A DNA stretch of 64,000 nt from Eledone cirrhosa (lineage: Eukaryota), in the NCBI GenBank assembly GCA_964016885.1, contig OZ024757.1:6014001-6078000 (forward strand). The letters run 5' to 3'. Made by a program: the position numbers and the translations under genes. Below are positions 40,893 through 55,336 of the stretch, piece by piece. The notes below the pieces were generated by a model that saw only the letters and a list, made by a program, of their open reading frames with translations, made no database searches and was not told the DNA's origin. Position 1 is the first letter of the stretch, and each line of letters begins with the position of its first letter.

Positions 40893-43800
40893 ACTATACA
40901 CTATGTACAGTATATATACACTATATATATATTATATATACACTATGTACAGTATATATACACTATATATATATTATATATACACTATGTACACTATATA
41001 TATATTATATATACACTATGTACACTATATATACACTATATATATATTATATATACACCATGTACAGTATATATATACTATATATATATTATATATACAC
41101 TATGTACAGTATATATACACTATATATATATTATATATATACTATGTACAGTATATATATACTATATATATATTATATATACACTATGTACAGTATATAT
41201 ACACTATATATATATTATATATATACTATGTACAGTATATATATACTATATATATATTATATATACACTATGTACAGTATATATACACTATATATATATT
41301 ATATATACACTATGTACAGTATATATACACTATATATATATTATATATACACTATGTAACAATATATATACACTATATATATATTATATATACACTATGT
41401 ACAGTATATATACACTATATATATATTATATATACACTATGTACCATATATATACACTATATATATATTATATATACACCATGTACAGTATATATACACT
41501 ATATATATATTATAGTGTATATATAATATATATTATGTACAGTATATATACACTGTATATATATTATATATACACTATGTACAGTATATATACACTATAT
41601 ATATATATTATATACACTACATACCATATATATATTATATATATATATTATATATACACTATGTACAGTATATATACACTATATATATATATTATATACA
41701 CTACATACCATATATATATTATATATATATATTATATATACACTATGTACAGTATATATACACTATATATATATATACACTATATATATATATATTATAT
41801 AGACACTGTGTACAGTATATATACACTATATATATATTATATATACACTATTATATACACTATATATATATTATATATACACTATATATATATTATATAT
41901 ACACTATGTACAGTATATATACACTATATATATATTATATATACACTATGTACAGTATATATACATCATCATCATCATCAACGTTTAACGTCCGTGTTCC
42001 ACGCTTACATGGGTTTGGACGGGGGTAGTCCCACTTGAGGCAAGAGTGATTGTCTTGCTCGCATAGGACTGTCTGGCAGGTTTTCTACAGTTGGATGCCC
42101 TTCCTATCACCAACCACATTTACAGTGTGGGTCTGGGAGGTTTTTACCGTGTTGCCTACACGGCCACATTACAGCATGGACTGTGTGTTTTTTTGTCGTG
42201 ACACCTACACGATCTCATTTGTTTCGACCTGGATGGTGCGGCACCAACATAACTTTACATAGAACGGGGTGGTGTGGATGGGGTGGGGGTGGTGGCGGGA
42301 CGGGGTGTATTTTGTTAGAGATGCCTACTGGCAAGGCGGGTCTTCTCTGTTACTGAGTTCCGCCAAAGGTCTCAGTCCAGTGACATTGTCTTGGAGAGGT
42401 GTAAGTGTGTGAGGTCGGAGTTTATCAGCTCGTCCCAGGTTTTTCTAGGTCTGCCTATTCCGTGGCTACCGTCTATCTTTATTGCCCTGCACTTTGTTAT
42501 ACAGCTATCGACTTTCATGCGCATCACGTGTCCATACCAACGTAGCCTTCTCTTGAGTAAACAACATCTGATCCCTCTTATCTCTAATTTTTTCCTTAGT
42601 TCGTTTATGCTTTGCCGTTCACGTATATTACTGTTACACATCCAGCGGAGCATGCAAGCTTCGTTCCTCTCTAGTCTGCATATATCCTCTGCACACAATG
42701 CCCAGGTCTCACTGCCATGCAACATTGCTGTTCGTATGCAGGCATCGTACAACCTGCCTTTCATTTTTAGGGAGAACCCTTTAGCAGCTAATAGTGGTAT
42801 AAGCTCTCTGAACTTTTTCCAACCAGTTCTGACTCTAGCTACAGTACTTTCAGAGCACCCTCCCCCACTGCTGATTTTATCGCCCAGGTAACGGAAGCTG
42901 TCCACTATTTCTATAGAACCCTCTGCGCAATTGAAAGAGCTAGTATTTTGTGGGCACTTGCTGCTACTTATTGCACCAGAACACCGGCCACATGTAAAAT
43001 CTATGTTCTTAGTTAGCTTACCTGTGATCCCACTACATCTTTTATGCACCCATACTTTGCATTTAGGACATAAAATGGAGTTTCTACCTACGCCTTTCCT
43101 ACACACCGAGCACGACCATTTCCCAGAAGGGACCGCCGCCTTATTTTCTTTCCTACAAACTAGAACTTTGGTCTTAGCCAGGTTAATTTTAAGTCCTTTT
43201 GACTCTAGGCCGTGCTTCCATGTTTGGAATTTCTTCTCTAGCTCGGCCATTGATTCCGCTATGAGTGTCAGGTCGTCTGCGTATAGGAGTTCCCATTGGC
43301 AGCCTGTCTTGAACTCCTCTGTTATAGCCTGAAGGGCAATAATAAATAGTAGGGGGCTGAGAACAGAGCCCTGATGGACGCCAACATTTACGCTAAACTC
43401 TTCACTATATTCGTTGTTAATTCTAACCTTGCTGACTGTTTCTTTATACATGGCTTGTATAGCCCTCACAAGCCATTCGTCAACGCCTAGTTTTCTAAGA
43501 GCCCACCAGATAATGGAGCGGGGGACTCTGTCGAAGGCTTTCTCCAGGTCGACAAAAGCTAACTATATATATATTATATATACACTATGTACAGTATATA
43601 TATACTATATATATATATTATATATACACTATGTACAGTATATATACACTATATATATATTATATATACACTATGTACAGTATATATATACTATATATAT
43701 ATTATATATACACTATGTACCATATATATACACTATATATATATTATATATACACTATGTACAATATATATACACTATATATATATTATATATACACTAT

Positions 43801-45300
43801 GTACAGTATATATACACTATGTACAGTATATATACACTATATATATATTATATATACACCATGTACAGTATATATACACTATATATATATTATATATACA
43901 CTATGTACAGTATATATACACTATATATATATTATATATACACTATGTACAGTATATATACACTATATATATATTATATATACACTATGTACAATATATA
44001 TACACTATATATATATTATATATACACTATGTACACTATATATACACTATATATATATTATATATACACTATGTACAGTATATATACACTATATATATAT
44101 TATATATACACTATGTACAGTATATATACACTATATATATATTATATATACACTATGTACAATATATATACACTATATATATATTATATATACACTATGT
44201 ACAGTATATATACAATATGTACAGTATATATACACTATATATATATTATATATACACTATGTACAGTACATATACACTATATATATATTATATATACACT
44301 ATGTACAGTATATATACACTATATATATATTATATATACACTATGTACAGTATATATACACTATATATATATTATATATACACTATGTACACTATATATA
44401 CACTATATATATATTATATATACACTATGTACAGTATATATACACTATATATATATTATATATACACTATGTACACTATATATACACTATATATATATTA
44501 TATATACACTATGTACAGTATATATTATACACTATATATATATTATATATACACTATGTACAGTATATATACACTATATATATAATATATACACTATGTA
44601 CAGTACATATACACTATATATATATATTATATATACACTATATACAGTACATATACACTATATATATATTATATATACACTATATACAGTACATATACAC
44701 TATATATATATTATATATACACTATGTACAATATATATACACTATATATATATTATATATACACTATGTACAGTATATATACAATATGTACAGTATATAT
44801 ACACTATATATATATTATATATACACTATGTACAGTACATATACACTATATATATATTATATATACACTATGTACAGTATATATACACTATATATATATT
44901 ATATATACACTATGTACAGTATATATACACTATATATATATTATATATACACTATGTACACTATATATACACTATATATATATTATATATACACTATGTA
45001 CAGTATATATACACTATATATATATTATATATACACTATGTACACTATATATACACTATATATATATTATATATACACTATGTACAGTATATATTATACA
45101 CTATATATATATTATATATACACTATGTACAGTATATATACACTATATATATAATATATACACTATGTACAGTACATATACACTATATATATATATTATA
45201 TATACACTATATACAGTACATATACACTATATATATATTATATATACACTATGTACAGTTTATATACACTGTATACAGTATATATATACACACTATATAT
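40893..45300. repeat. AT-rich 42-bp satellite array, split by an RTE insertion
   Basis: Unit ACTATGTACAGTATATATACACTATATATATATTATATATAC over 40893-41963 and 43563-45300. Confidence 0.95.
41964..43562 (-). mobile_element. 5'-truncated RTE LINE with open RT-PHD-C-terminal ORF
   Basis: ORF 42372-43469 and (ATG)n tail at 41964, with satellite on both sides. Confidence 0.93.
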
Positions 45301-45884
45301 GATGTTGTCCCAGGGAAAGGCAATTTCTGATACAGCTTGGCACCAGTGACGTCACAACATATATACACTATATATATACACTATACACAGTATATATACC
45401 CTATATATATATATTATATATATACTATGTACAGTATATATGATGTCCAAGAGAAAGGCAATGGACGATACAACTTGGAACCAGTAACAACTCACATCAT
45501 CATCATCACCGTTTTACGTCCATTCTTCTATGCTAGCATGGGTTAGACGGGTTCTCCTGTTGTGGGCAGTGCCAGGTCTGGTGACCATGTCTTGCTTATA
45601 TGGGAACTGATTCTGGCTTGATCTCTACAGCTGGATGCCCTTCCTAACACCAACCTCATTTACAGTGAGTGCTGGGTGCTGTTTTCCGTGGCACCTATTT
45701 TATATATACTAGTTATATACACTATATATATATTATATATACATTACATATACACTATATATATTACATATACACTGTGTACAGCATATATGACGATGGG
45801 AAAGGCAATGGCTGATACAACTTGGCACTAGTGACATCACAACATATATACTATGTATATACACTATGTACAGTATATATACAC

Positions 45885-46660
45885 TGTCACCCGTCATTTC
45901 TGTTCTCCTGGTCATTCTTCCCTACATGTTTCAGTCCTGGGTGTCCTTTTACATCATGGATCACAGGCCTCACGCACCAGGACTGGACAAAGTCTGATTC
46001 ACCACCTTGGGTCCTATTCCCCTCTTGGACTCAACTCACCCCCCCCCAATTACTCTAATACTCCGTCCATTATCACACCCCTAGATTCTTATCACTTTCT
46101 CTTCATCATTAACGTGTTCTCTTCAAACTAATACAGGCCAACTATATATGCTCACTCCACTTTTCCCTTCACTGCTCTCTATACATACACACCCTTATAT
46201 TAACATACTGTTGCTCATAGCTTTGTACTTACATGCACACACACTCTTTTACTCACATATACACACACATTTCTTATTAGTTTCGTACGGACATATAACA
46301 GACACACACACACACTTACACATGTGCACATGTGTAGATCTTTTTACAAAACGTTTTTTTTCCATTTCAGGTAGACGTGCTCCATCATCCACTTTTCTAA
46401 AAAACAAATCATACACAAAACGCCAGCATCAACAGTTTTGCAAGAGATGTCAACATGAATGGACCTGTTATTTTTATCTAAAGACATTTTTTCCAATCCC
46501 ATCCCGCCCGTCTCCTCAATCTATCTTATTTCTCATTCTTTCTTCTGATGAAGGACTAGCATCTGAAACGTTAAGACCCTCTTCCTGCTATATCAAGAGT
46601 TAACCTAATATATCCCTTCCATATACTGTAACAATTGTGTTGTTATTTCTGTTTACCTTT
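45885..46660 (+). mobile_element. Penelope-like element 3' remnant (GIY-YIG C-terminus plus pLTR-like region)
   Basis: Translation VTRHFCSPGHS...VSVLG...QSLIHHLGSYSPLGLN resembles PLE endonuclease C-termini, and a hammerhead core lies downstream. Confidence 0.72.
46541..46576 (+). ncRNA. Minimal type-I hammerhead ribozyme motif (probably decayed)
   Basis: TCTT-CTGATGA-aggactagcatct-GAAAC-GTT-AAGA: stem I TCTT/AAGA, palindromic ACGT stem III, weak stem II. Confidence 0.62.
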
Positions 46661-46834
46661 TACATACATATATTATATATACACTGTGTACAGTATATAT
46701 TATACACTATATATGATGTTGTCCAAGAGAAAGACAATGGCTGATACAGCTTGGCACCAGTGACATCACAACATATATACACTATATATATATTATATAT
46801 ACACTATCTACAGTATATATTATACACTATATAT

Positions 46835-47010
46835 GATGTTGTCCAAGAGAAAGTCAATGGCTGATACAGCTTGGCACCAGTGACATCACAACTCATTTCT
46901 ACAACGTGAAATAAAGTGTCTTGCTCAAGGATACATCACATGACCCGGTATGACAATCGAACTCACAACCATACGATTGCAAGCCCAATGCTCTAACCAC
47001 TAAGACATGA
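46835..47010 (-). mobile_element. tRNA-derived CORE-type SINE with tandemly duplicated tail
   Basis: A/B boxes on -; the tail segment is repeated at ~46715, ~45795, ~45440 and ~45300. Confidence 0.75.
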
Positions 47011-47582
47011 TACGTTCCAGAACCAACCGTGATATAGAGAGACCACAAAGACAACCGTTGCTTTCATAGTTTAAGCCTTAAAATACCTCTCATACATGCT
47101 TTAAGTACATATAAACTCATTAAAACACACTTTTGTATTTAAACACCAAAAACAGCCAGTAATGATCGTATAGAAACTACCACCAACTATCATACCACTA
47201 GTTACCAATGAGGACCATTGCCAGCCACGGTAGCCACTTGGTAATACACTGCACACCTCCCGTCAATCTATGAAGGGTTTGTAGTAGATTAGAGCAAAAC
47301 ACAATCAGTAAAACAGTAATGGAATGAAAAATATAAACATTTGTTCATAATTAAAGGCTTAAGATGTCCCTTCCTTACGATATACACTTTAATAACATTG
47401 AAACTTATTTAATAAGTTTAAAATTTAAACACTTTTTATTCAGACGTACCGCGATAAGAAACTAGATATGTTCTAACGAATAATCCGCGATGTGGCGAGG
47501 ATTACCGCGATAGGAAATTAGATACGTTCCAAAGAAATATCCGCGATGTAACGGGACCACGATATAGCTGGGGATTACTGTA
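47011..47582. mobile_element. Possible TA-target MITE (Tc1/pogo-like), one end retained
   Basis: Ends GATATAGCTGGGATTACTG|TA with subterminal CCGCGAT repeats; left end missing. Confidence 0.4.
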
Positions 47583-47636
47583 TATATACACACACAACAT
47601 ACATCTATCTATATACACTCATAACATATATTTCGG

Positions 47637-48248
47637 CACTGTCATGGTATTAGCTGTCAGAAGTGAAAGTAGAAGAAGGTGACGTCATTCGTCAACCTTC
47701 TCAATCCTTTATTTCCGTATCACTATTCCCTTTATTTATGTTTAGGATCTTCTAAGAGATACGTTTACGATGAGATACACTTATTAAATAATATGGGGAC
47801 CAAATAACCCCATAATTTTCGAGAGAAACGATAATATACAATCTTATTTAACATGTGTATTAAAAACTACACTAGCTGTTACAATTGTAATTAACGTGTA
47901 AGAACTTAAATGAAAATATAGGTGGCCCTTAAAAGGGCAGGTGTTGAACTTAAATTTGTTTTCTAATTTGATAACAATGATTGTTTCAACACCTGCCCTT
48001 TTAAGGGCCACCTATATTTTCATTTAAGTTCTTACACGTTAATTACAATTGTAACAGCTAGTGTAGTTTTTAATACACATGTTAAATAAGAATGTATATT
48101 ATCATTTCTCTCGAAAATTACGGGGTTATTTGGTCCCCATAAATAAAATAATAAACGTAAATAAACGGAAGAGTGATATGGAAATAAAGGATTGAGAAGG
48201 TTGACGACTGACGTCACCTTCTTTCTGACAGCTAATACCACGACAGTG
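47637..48248. repeat. ~610-bp palindrome
   Basis: Inner arms 47793-47948 and 47985-48140 (about 3 mismatches, 36-bp spacer); outer arms more diverged. Confidence 0.95.
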
Positions 48249-48329
48249 TCCTTTATTTCGATATCTTACATTAAAATGTTGACTGAGGGTGTGACAACTG
48301 TTTCTTGTTTGAGGTTGTTCCAGTGGTTG

Positions 48330-49165
48330 AAATATAGACGGAGGTAATTTAAATAATAAAGACAGTCATGATAACAATATATTTTATATCACATGTAACA
48401 GTGGAATCTGGTTAATTACTGGGTCGTTGTAGGGTTCACATAATTATATTATTTACACACATTAATATAGACATTAAGTAAATCTTTGACAACTTACCCA
48501 CTTCACATCTAATCAATGTTACTAAACAACCAAAGAAATAATCTCTTTGTTATCAAATTAGCAGTTTCAATGTTATCAGCTTTATTTCACGACATTAACG
48601 TTGGTGTATCTTCTTCATCTTTAGTCATAAATTGATATCTTGTCAGAATGAAGTAGTGAGGCTGACTTTATGTCTTTAGCTACAGATTTGATAGGAAATA
48701 TACATATATTAGGTTGATATGTGGTCTAAAATATATATATTGTCTATAAATGACTGATAGCTGATGTTCTGGTGAAATAGTAGTTTTACTACTACAGATT
48801 GTAATGGAACTCTTAGTAGACACAATTGTAAAGTAAGAATAGATATGACAGTGTAAGACTGGTGTCGGGGAATTAAAATTGTGTATATATATAATTGTTA
48901 CACAAGATATAATTAGATTAATTTAAGTTATAATGAAGACAGCAGGTACTCGGTGTCGTTGAGAATATTTCAACTCTCGGACCGGTGTCATAAGTTAAAA
49001 GTCCCTGTTATAATTTAATACCTTCAGACACGGGTCCAATCGTATTTAATTGATTGTAAATCAGAAAGTATCACTCAGTAAAATATCAATTATATATCAA
49101 TAGGAAAACCTCTACGTAGTCTCTCTAACTACTAGAAATAGCAGCGATATTATACAATACAACTG

Positions 49166-49200
<35 letters not shown>

Positions 49201-52200
49201 CACACATGTACGTATGTATGTATATATGGGTGTGTAGATGTGTTTACACGTATGTATGGTGTGTATATGTGTACATAGGGTTTTGGTATATGTACGTTTG
49301 GTGAACATATGTGTATTTACCTGTAGGTATGTGTGACTGTGCGTTCTATACGCTTTTATGCGTGTATATTTATATATGTATATATAATTATATGTATACA
49401 CACATATATTTATATGTGTATTTGGTGTATATGTCCGTACGTGTGCAGGTATATGTGTCGCGCCGGTTTACGTCTGTGTGTGCGTGTTTATGTGTACGTG
49501 CATGTATATGCATGCATGCCGGGTGTTTTTGTATATACACGTGTATAAATGTGTGTATGTATATATTTAATTATTATTACTTTTATGATTTTAATAACCT
49601 CTGTCATTTTCGTTCAACTAGTTTATTTACATTATTCTGAACTCCGAAGCCGAGACTCATTCAGTTTCCTAAATAGTATATTAGTCTACGCCTCCATTTA
49701 TACCATAAACGTGGTTTTGTCTTTACGTGAAATTGTTGTCACCTCACCACATAACGACGTATTATCTTTGCTTTTTTTCCGTTCATTGCCAGGAAACGTC
49801 TTCACGAACCAAAGTATCGTCTTCCTGTTTTCCTTCGGTTGCAAAGTTTTTCGAAATATTTACTTTTTCGGTCATGGATTGATTTTTTTTTAGTTTCAGA
49901 AGATCCTGTTAAGGGGGAAAGCAGCGATTATTTGCTTAAACTTTAATCTGTTATTTTAATATATATATATATATAATTGGTTTTGGATGCTTAAAGCGTC
50001 CATATGCAGTAGGCCGTTTGAGCACTCGTTGCTCTCATAGAGCAGAGTATATCACAGAAAAAGAGAGAATCAGTGTTGCGATGAGTGGAATTTAGTGGAC
50101 ATATTACAATCGTTTCTCTGGGGACCAACTCTGGGTACAATCGATGTGATGATCGAAGCTGAAAATCTCAAGGTCCTCAGATACGTCTTGATTCTATGAT
50201 ATATATACATATATCTTAAAGGCAGTGCCCCAGCATGGCCTCAGCCAGATAGCTGGAACACGTAAAAGAGTAAAAGAATATAATACATACGTGTATATTC
50301 AGATATTGTATTTATCCTCATCACAATTTAAACTCCAATTTACATGCTAGCATGGGTCAGACGAGTTGTCCTATTGTGTGAAAACTTAGATCAAATAACC
50401 CTGCCTTGCTCATGCAAGAACCATTTCTGGTTGGATTGTACGGCTGGATGCCCTTCCTAACTCCAACCACATTTACAGGGTGGACTTGGTATTTATTGTT
50501 GTGTTGCTAACATGACCAACCTACAGGGTTGACTGGGTGCTTTTTGCTGCTCTTTGTCATGTCACCAATTTGAAGGGTGGTTTGGGTCCCTTCAGTCTTG
50601 CCACTAGCATGACCACTTTACAGGGTGGGCTAGAGGCCTCCTGTCATGTCTACATCACTGGGTGAACTGGGTGCTTATTTGTCATGTCACCAGCATGACT
50701 ACCTTGCAGGGACGGTTAGGTGCTCTTTTGTCATATTACCTAACAGAGAGGACTCTGTGTTCTTTTGTCATGACACTTGCATGACCACCTTACAGGGTTG
50801 CCTGAGGGTTTAGCCATTTAAGCAGCATTGGGGAGAGCATGTTAAGCTTTCCATACTTGTATACATGGTTTAGTCAAGAAAGGTGTATCAGATGTGAAAG
50901 TGGGGGTGGGGCTGTGTGTATGTAGGGTGGAGATTGGAGAGGTAGGTCAGGGTGGAGTACTTAGCTGGTAAGTGGGTGGAGTGTTAAGATGTGGGGAGGA
51001 GGAAAATTAGAGCATACTTCAAACCACTAAATGTTGTGTTAACCCGTGGACATGGGAATGCAGGTCTCCTGCAATACTGTATAACGCCAGAGATTTCAAT
51101 CCTGTGTCATCACCTTTGAGAGGTACAATGGTGTCAGGTCAGTTTTTACCTCCTCATCCCAAGCTTTCCTAGGTCTTCCTCTTCCATCAATTTCAAGCGG
51201 TCAACCTTTTATACAGCATCTCTACCTTCATACACATCACATGTCCATACCACAGCAATCTCCTCTCCTGCATACTGTATCTTATCCCTCTCATGCCCGA
51301 GTTCTCTCTCAGTTTATTTACACTTTCCCCTTCATGTATATTAATATTACACAACCATTGGAGAATTTAAGATTCATTTCTATCCAATCTTCTGAGGTCC
51401 TCACTGCAAAGCATCATTGCTGTTCAAATGCACACATCAATTTGGTGAAACATCCTTTTGTAGCTAGCAGCAGTAGTAGCACCCTAAACCTCTGCCATCT
51501 TGTTCTTACTCTTGTTACTGTACTTTCAGAACACCTACCTCCACTGCTTATTTGATACCCCAGGTAACAGAAACTGTCAACTGCTTCTATGGAACCCTTT
51601 AAATATTTGATAGAGCTTGTCTCCTAAACGTGATTGCTGCTTACTTCTCCAGCGCAGTGACCCAATGTAAAACCTATGTTCTTAGCTAACTTACCATGTA
51701 TGTGTGACCATTGGTTTCTGAGTCCAGTTATGGCACCACTGTTTATTAGGGGAGGCACTTCCAAACAGACCCTTCATTAAGTATGCTGACAAATATATTT
51801 TGCAATGTAGGTGAGTTAATTAGCAGTGGAGGGGACTGCTCTGAAAGATGTATAGTTAGAATTAGGATAAGATGGAAAAAGTTTAGAGAGCTACTGCAAC
51901 AGTTGACCACAAAAGGTTTCTCTCTCTGTACAAAAGGACAACTGTATGACACATGTAGGTGATGTGCAATGATGCATGGTAACGAAATAAGGGCTGTGAC
52001 TGCAGAGGATATGTAGACTGGAGGGAAATGAAACAACCATGCTTTGTAGGATATGTTGTGTAAGTGTGAGAGAAAGGGAGAGCTTGGACAAGTTCAAGAA
52101 GAAGCTGGGTTTAAGAGTGAGCTGAAGTGGTGTGTAAGAGAGAAGACTGTGTTTGTACAGACATAAAATGAAAGGAGAAGAATTTCTTAGTAAAACAGGT

Positions 52201-53990
52201 TTATTCAAAATATTAACAACATTGGTGGCACTATTTTAGGTGAGTGACATGGTTTTTATCTAATTGTGTTGCATTAAGTAATCTTTATAAGAGAATGATT
52301 TACCACAGACATTACAGTGATATAGTTCTCTCCTGTATATGTTAGTGTCTAATTAAACCACAACATTTAGAGAAGGATTTATCACAGACATCACAGTGAT
52401 ATGGTTCCTCTCCTGTATGTATATGTTGGTGTCTAGTGAAGCCACAACATTTAGAGAATGATGTACCAAATATATCAAAGTGATATGGCTTCCCAGCTGT
52501 ATGTATATGTGTGTGTGTGTAGTTAATGTAACATTCAAAGAGAATGATTTCCCTCAGATGTCACAATGATATGTATTTGTATTCTTATTAATTCACAAAT
52601 TTGAGAGAATGATTTATCACTGATGTCAATGCGTTATTATTTCTCTTCTGCGTGTATAAATTTGTGAATAGTTAGGCTACTTTTCCCAGAGAATGATATA
52701 CCACAGATATCACAGTGATATGGCTTGTCTCCTGTATGTATACGTTTGTGTCTAGTTAAGTTACTACTATCAGAGAATGATTTACCACAGATATCACAGT
52801 GGTATGGCTTGTCTCCTGTATGTATACGTTTGTGTCTAGTTAAGGTACTACTTTCAGAGAATGATTTACCACAGATATCACAGTGATATGGCTTGTCTCC
52901 TGTATGTGTACATTTATGTGTAGTTAAGTTACTACTAACAGAGAATGATTTACCACAGATGTCACAGTGATATGGCTTGTCTCCTGTATGTATACGTTTG
53001 TGGTTAGTTAAGTGACTACTTTGAGAGAATGATTTACCACAGATGTCACAGTGATATGGCTTGTCTCCTGTATGTATATGTTTGTGTCTAGTTAAGGTAC
53101 TACTTTCAGAGAATGACATACCACAGATATCACAGTGATATGGCTTGTCTCCTGTATGTATACGTTTGTGTCTAGTTAAGGCATTACTTTCAGAGAATGA
53201 CTTACCACAGATATCACAGTGATATGGCTTGTCTCCCGTATGTATAACTTTGTGAGTAGTTAAGGTACTACGATTATTGAATGATTTACCACAGATATCA
53301 CAGTGATATGGCTTCTCTTCTCTAACCTTCGTCATCTCACCAGGAATACTAAACACTTTAGATTGTGTTTCACATTTAATCTTCTTTGTCAATTTATTTT
53401 CCATAATTATTTCTTCTTCAACAGAATGTTTTCCTTGTAGTATATTTTATATTATATTTCTTATAAAATATATCTTCTATATTTCCCTCAACTGTAATTT
53501 CATTTAATATCTGAAGATAACACAAACTTATGTTTTATCCAAGTTTAGTTAAAATACAAAACCATCTCATAGTGAAGAAAATAAACTCAGTTTTGAGGAA
53601 ATATTTCGCAGTAATTGAACTATAGATTTATATAAACAGTGTTATATAAGTTCTGTTAAAATAGTTTTAGTCTTCAAATGATGATAAATAGAGGTGATGT
53701 ATCCAAGATTGAAAATAATAATTTATCCCAATGTCATCTGATATTCTGAAATAAGAAAGAAACAGTATGAGATAAAACAGAATACTTTAGAAGCAGAGAT
53801 AGATTTAACAGTGGAAATTTTATATTTCTATATTGGTAAACTGTAGATATCAACATTCTGACCAGAGTAATTCTCTCCAATGTAAGCAGTGGTATTCCAG
53901 CATGCTCTGTAAATTATATCCTTCTATCACTTCAGAGGTCTGCTCTATGGCAGTTTAGCAAAAAATGCATTCTTATAGGACTTATAAGAA
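48330..53990 (+). repeat. Segmental duplicate of ~24430-34850 (without the 26.6-30.3 kb LINE and the two SINE insertions)
   Basis: Collinear similarity with empty insertion sites. Confidence 0.88.
52637..53404 (-). CDS. Tandem C2H2 zinc-finger protein, 8 fingers (cluster copy 4)
   Basis: Open 255-aa ORF with homologous leader [16 protein letters not shown], 8 canonical fingers, ending AEEK. Confidence 0.92.
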   Translation of the reverse strand: MENKLTKKIKCETQSKVFSIPGEMTKVREEKPYHCDICGKSFNNRSTLTTHKVIHTGDKPYHCDICGKSFSESNALTRHKRIHTGDKPYHCDICGMSFSESSTLTRHKHIHTGDKPYHCDICGKSFSQSSHLTNHKRIHTGDKPYHCDICGKSFSVSSNLTTHKCTHTGDKPYHCDICGKSFSESSTLTRHKRIHTGDKPYHCDICGKSFSDSSNLTRHKRIHTGDKPYHCDICGISFSGKSSLTIHKFIHAEEK

Positions 53991-54282
53991 ACAGTATGAG
54001 ATAATAGAGAATACTTAAAATACAGTGATAGATTTAACAGTGGAAATATTACATGTTTACCACATTTCCCTGCGTCGAAGACATTACTTTTCCTCTAATA
54101 TAAGTCTCAAAAATCTACCATACGTCCTGGAGGCCGAAGGTTGTTTATTATTTTTCTTCAAAAATTAGTCGTCTTCAGCGCCAGTAAATACGGTACATTG
54201 GTAAACTGTAGAAATATACCTGTGTGATGTTTATTTATATAAACCAAGGCTATATATATGTCAAACTACAGCTGTACCATCA

Positions 54283-54660
54283 CTATAGTGGTGTCATCTA
54301 GTACAGGGCCCCAAAACTGTGGTAACCTTGTGAGATGGGTTTGGCTCAGCCGACCGGCTACCCCTCCTCATAGTGGTGCCACCCCGTACCAGGTGCCAAA
54401 ACTATGGTAACCTTGTGAGATGTGTTTTGCACCGCCGACTGGCTACCCTCCCCATAGTGGCGCAGCCAACTGCCCAGCCATTCTCGTATCTGTACCATCC
54501 AGTACCAGGCCCCAAAACTATGGTAACCTTGTGAGATGGGTTTGGTGCAGCTGGCTGGCCACCCCTCCTCATAGTGGTGCCATCCAGTACCAGGCCCCAA
54601 AATTATAATTCCACTGTGAGATGGGTTCGGCACAGCCAACCGGCCTGTCCCTCCTCATAA
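54283..54660. repeat. GC-rich ~84-86-bp tandem repeat (~4.5 units) abutting RTE 3' UTR pieces (54670-55130)
   Basis: CATAGTGG...GGTAACCTTGTGAGATG units at ~54284, 54369, 54453 and 54570. Confidence 0.75.
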
Positions 54661-55336
54661 CAGAGCCATCCAGTTCCACACTGTAAACATGGCTGGTGTT
54701 AGGAAGGGGATCCAGCTGTAAAATACCCGACCAAATTTACAGACCTCACCTGAGCAAGGTGTGACACATGGCCAACACTGGCCAGACTTGCCTCCTGGCG
54801 TGGATGACCCGTCTAACCCATGCCAGAATGGAAAAATGGACGTTAAATGGTGATGACACAGACATATATATATATCCCACCCACACTGGACGTGTAAAAG
54901 ACACAGCAAAAAGTACCCACCCCACACTGTAAAGTGGACGTGTAAAAGACAGCAAAAAGCACCCAGCCGACAATGTTGTTGGCGTTAGGGAGGGCATCCT
55001 GCCATAGAAAACTAGCCAGAAACACCCCTATATGAGTGATACATGGTCACCTGATCCAACTTGCCCCTATATGGGACCCGTCTGACCCATGCTAGCGTGG
55101 AAGATGGACGTTAATTGATGATGATGATATATAATAAAATGTTGTAGTTTGTTTGAAGCATTCTATATAAAATATAACGTTGAAAGAGATAGAAGGCTAA
55201 ACAAGGCAAAATGGACTGTAAGATGAGGTAAGGAAAAGTAAAAGTTACCTGGTAATCTTTGTTTTGCTTTTTGTTCTTGTTCTTCTTTTATCTGTCCAAT
55301 ATTTCGGGACATAAAAGTCCTTTCTTCAGGGTTTAA

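Noticed and set aside
40845-45330. ORFs up to 638 aa with YTLYIYYI repeats
   Set aside because: Readthrough of the 42-bp satellite; open in several frames.
54283-54660. 84-bp period suggesting zinc-finger origin
   Set aside because: No CxxC/HxxxH or TGEKP similarity, and the period is irregular.
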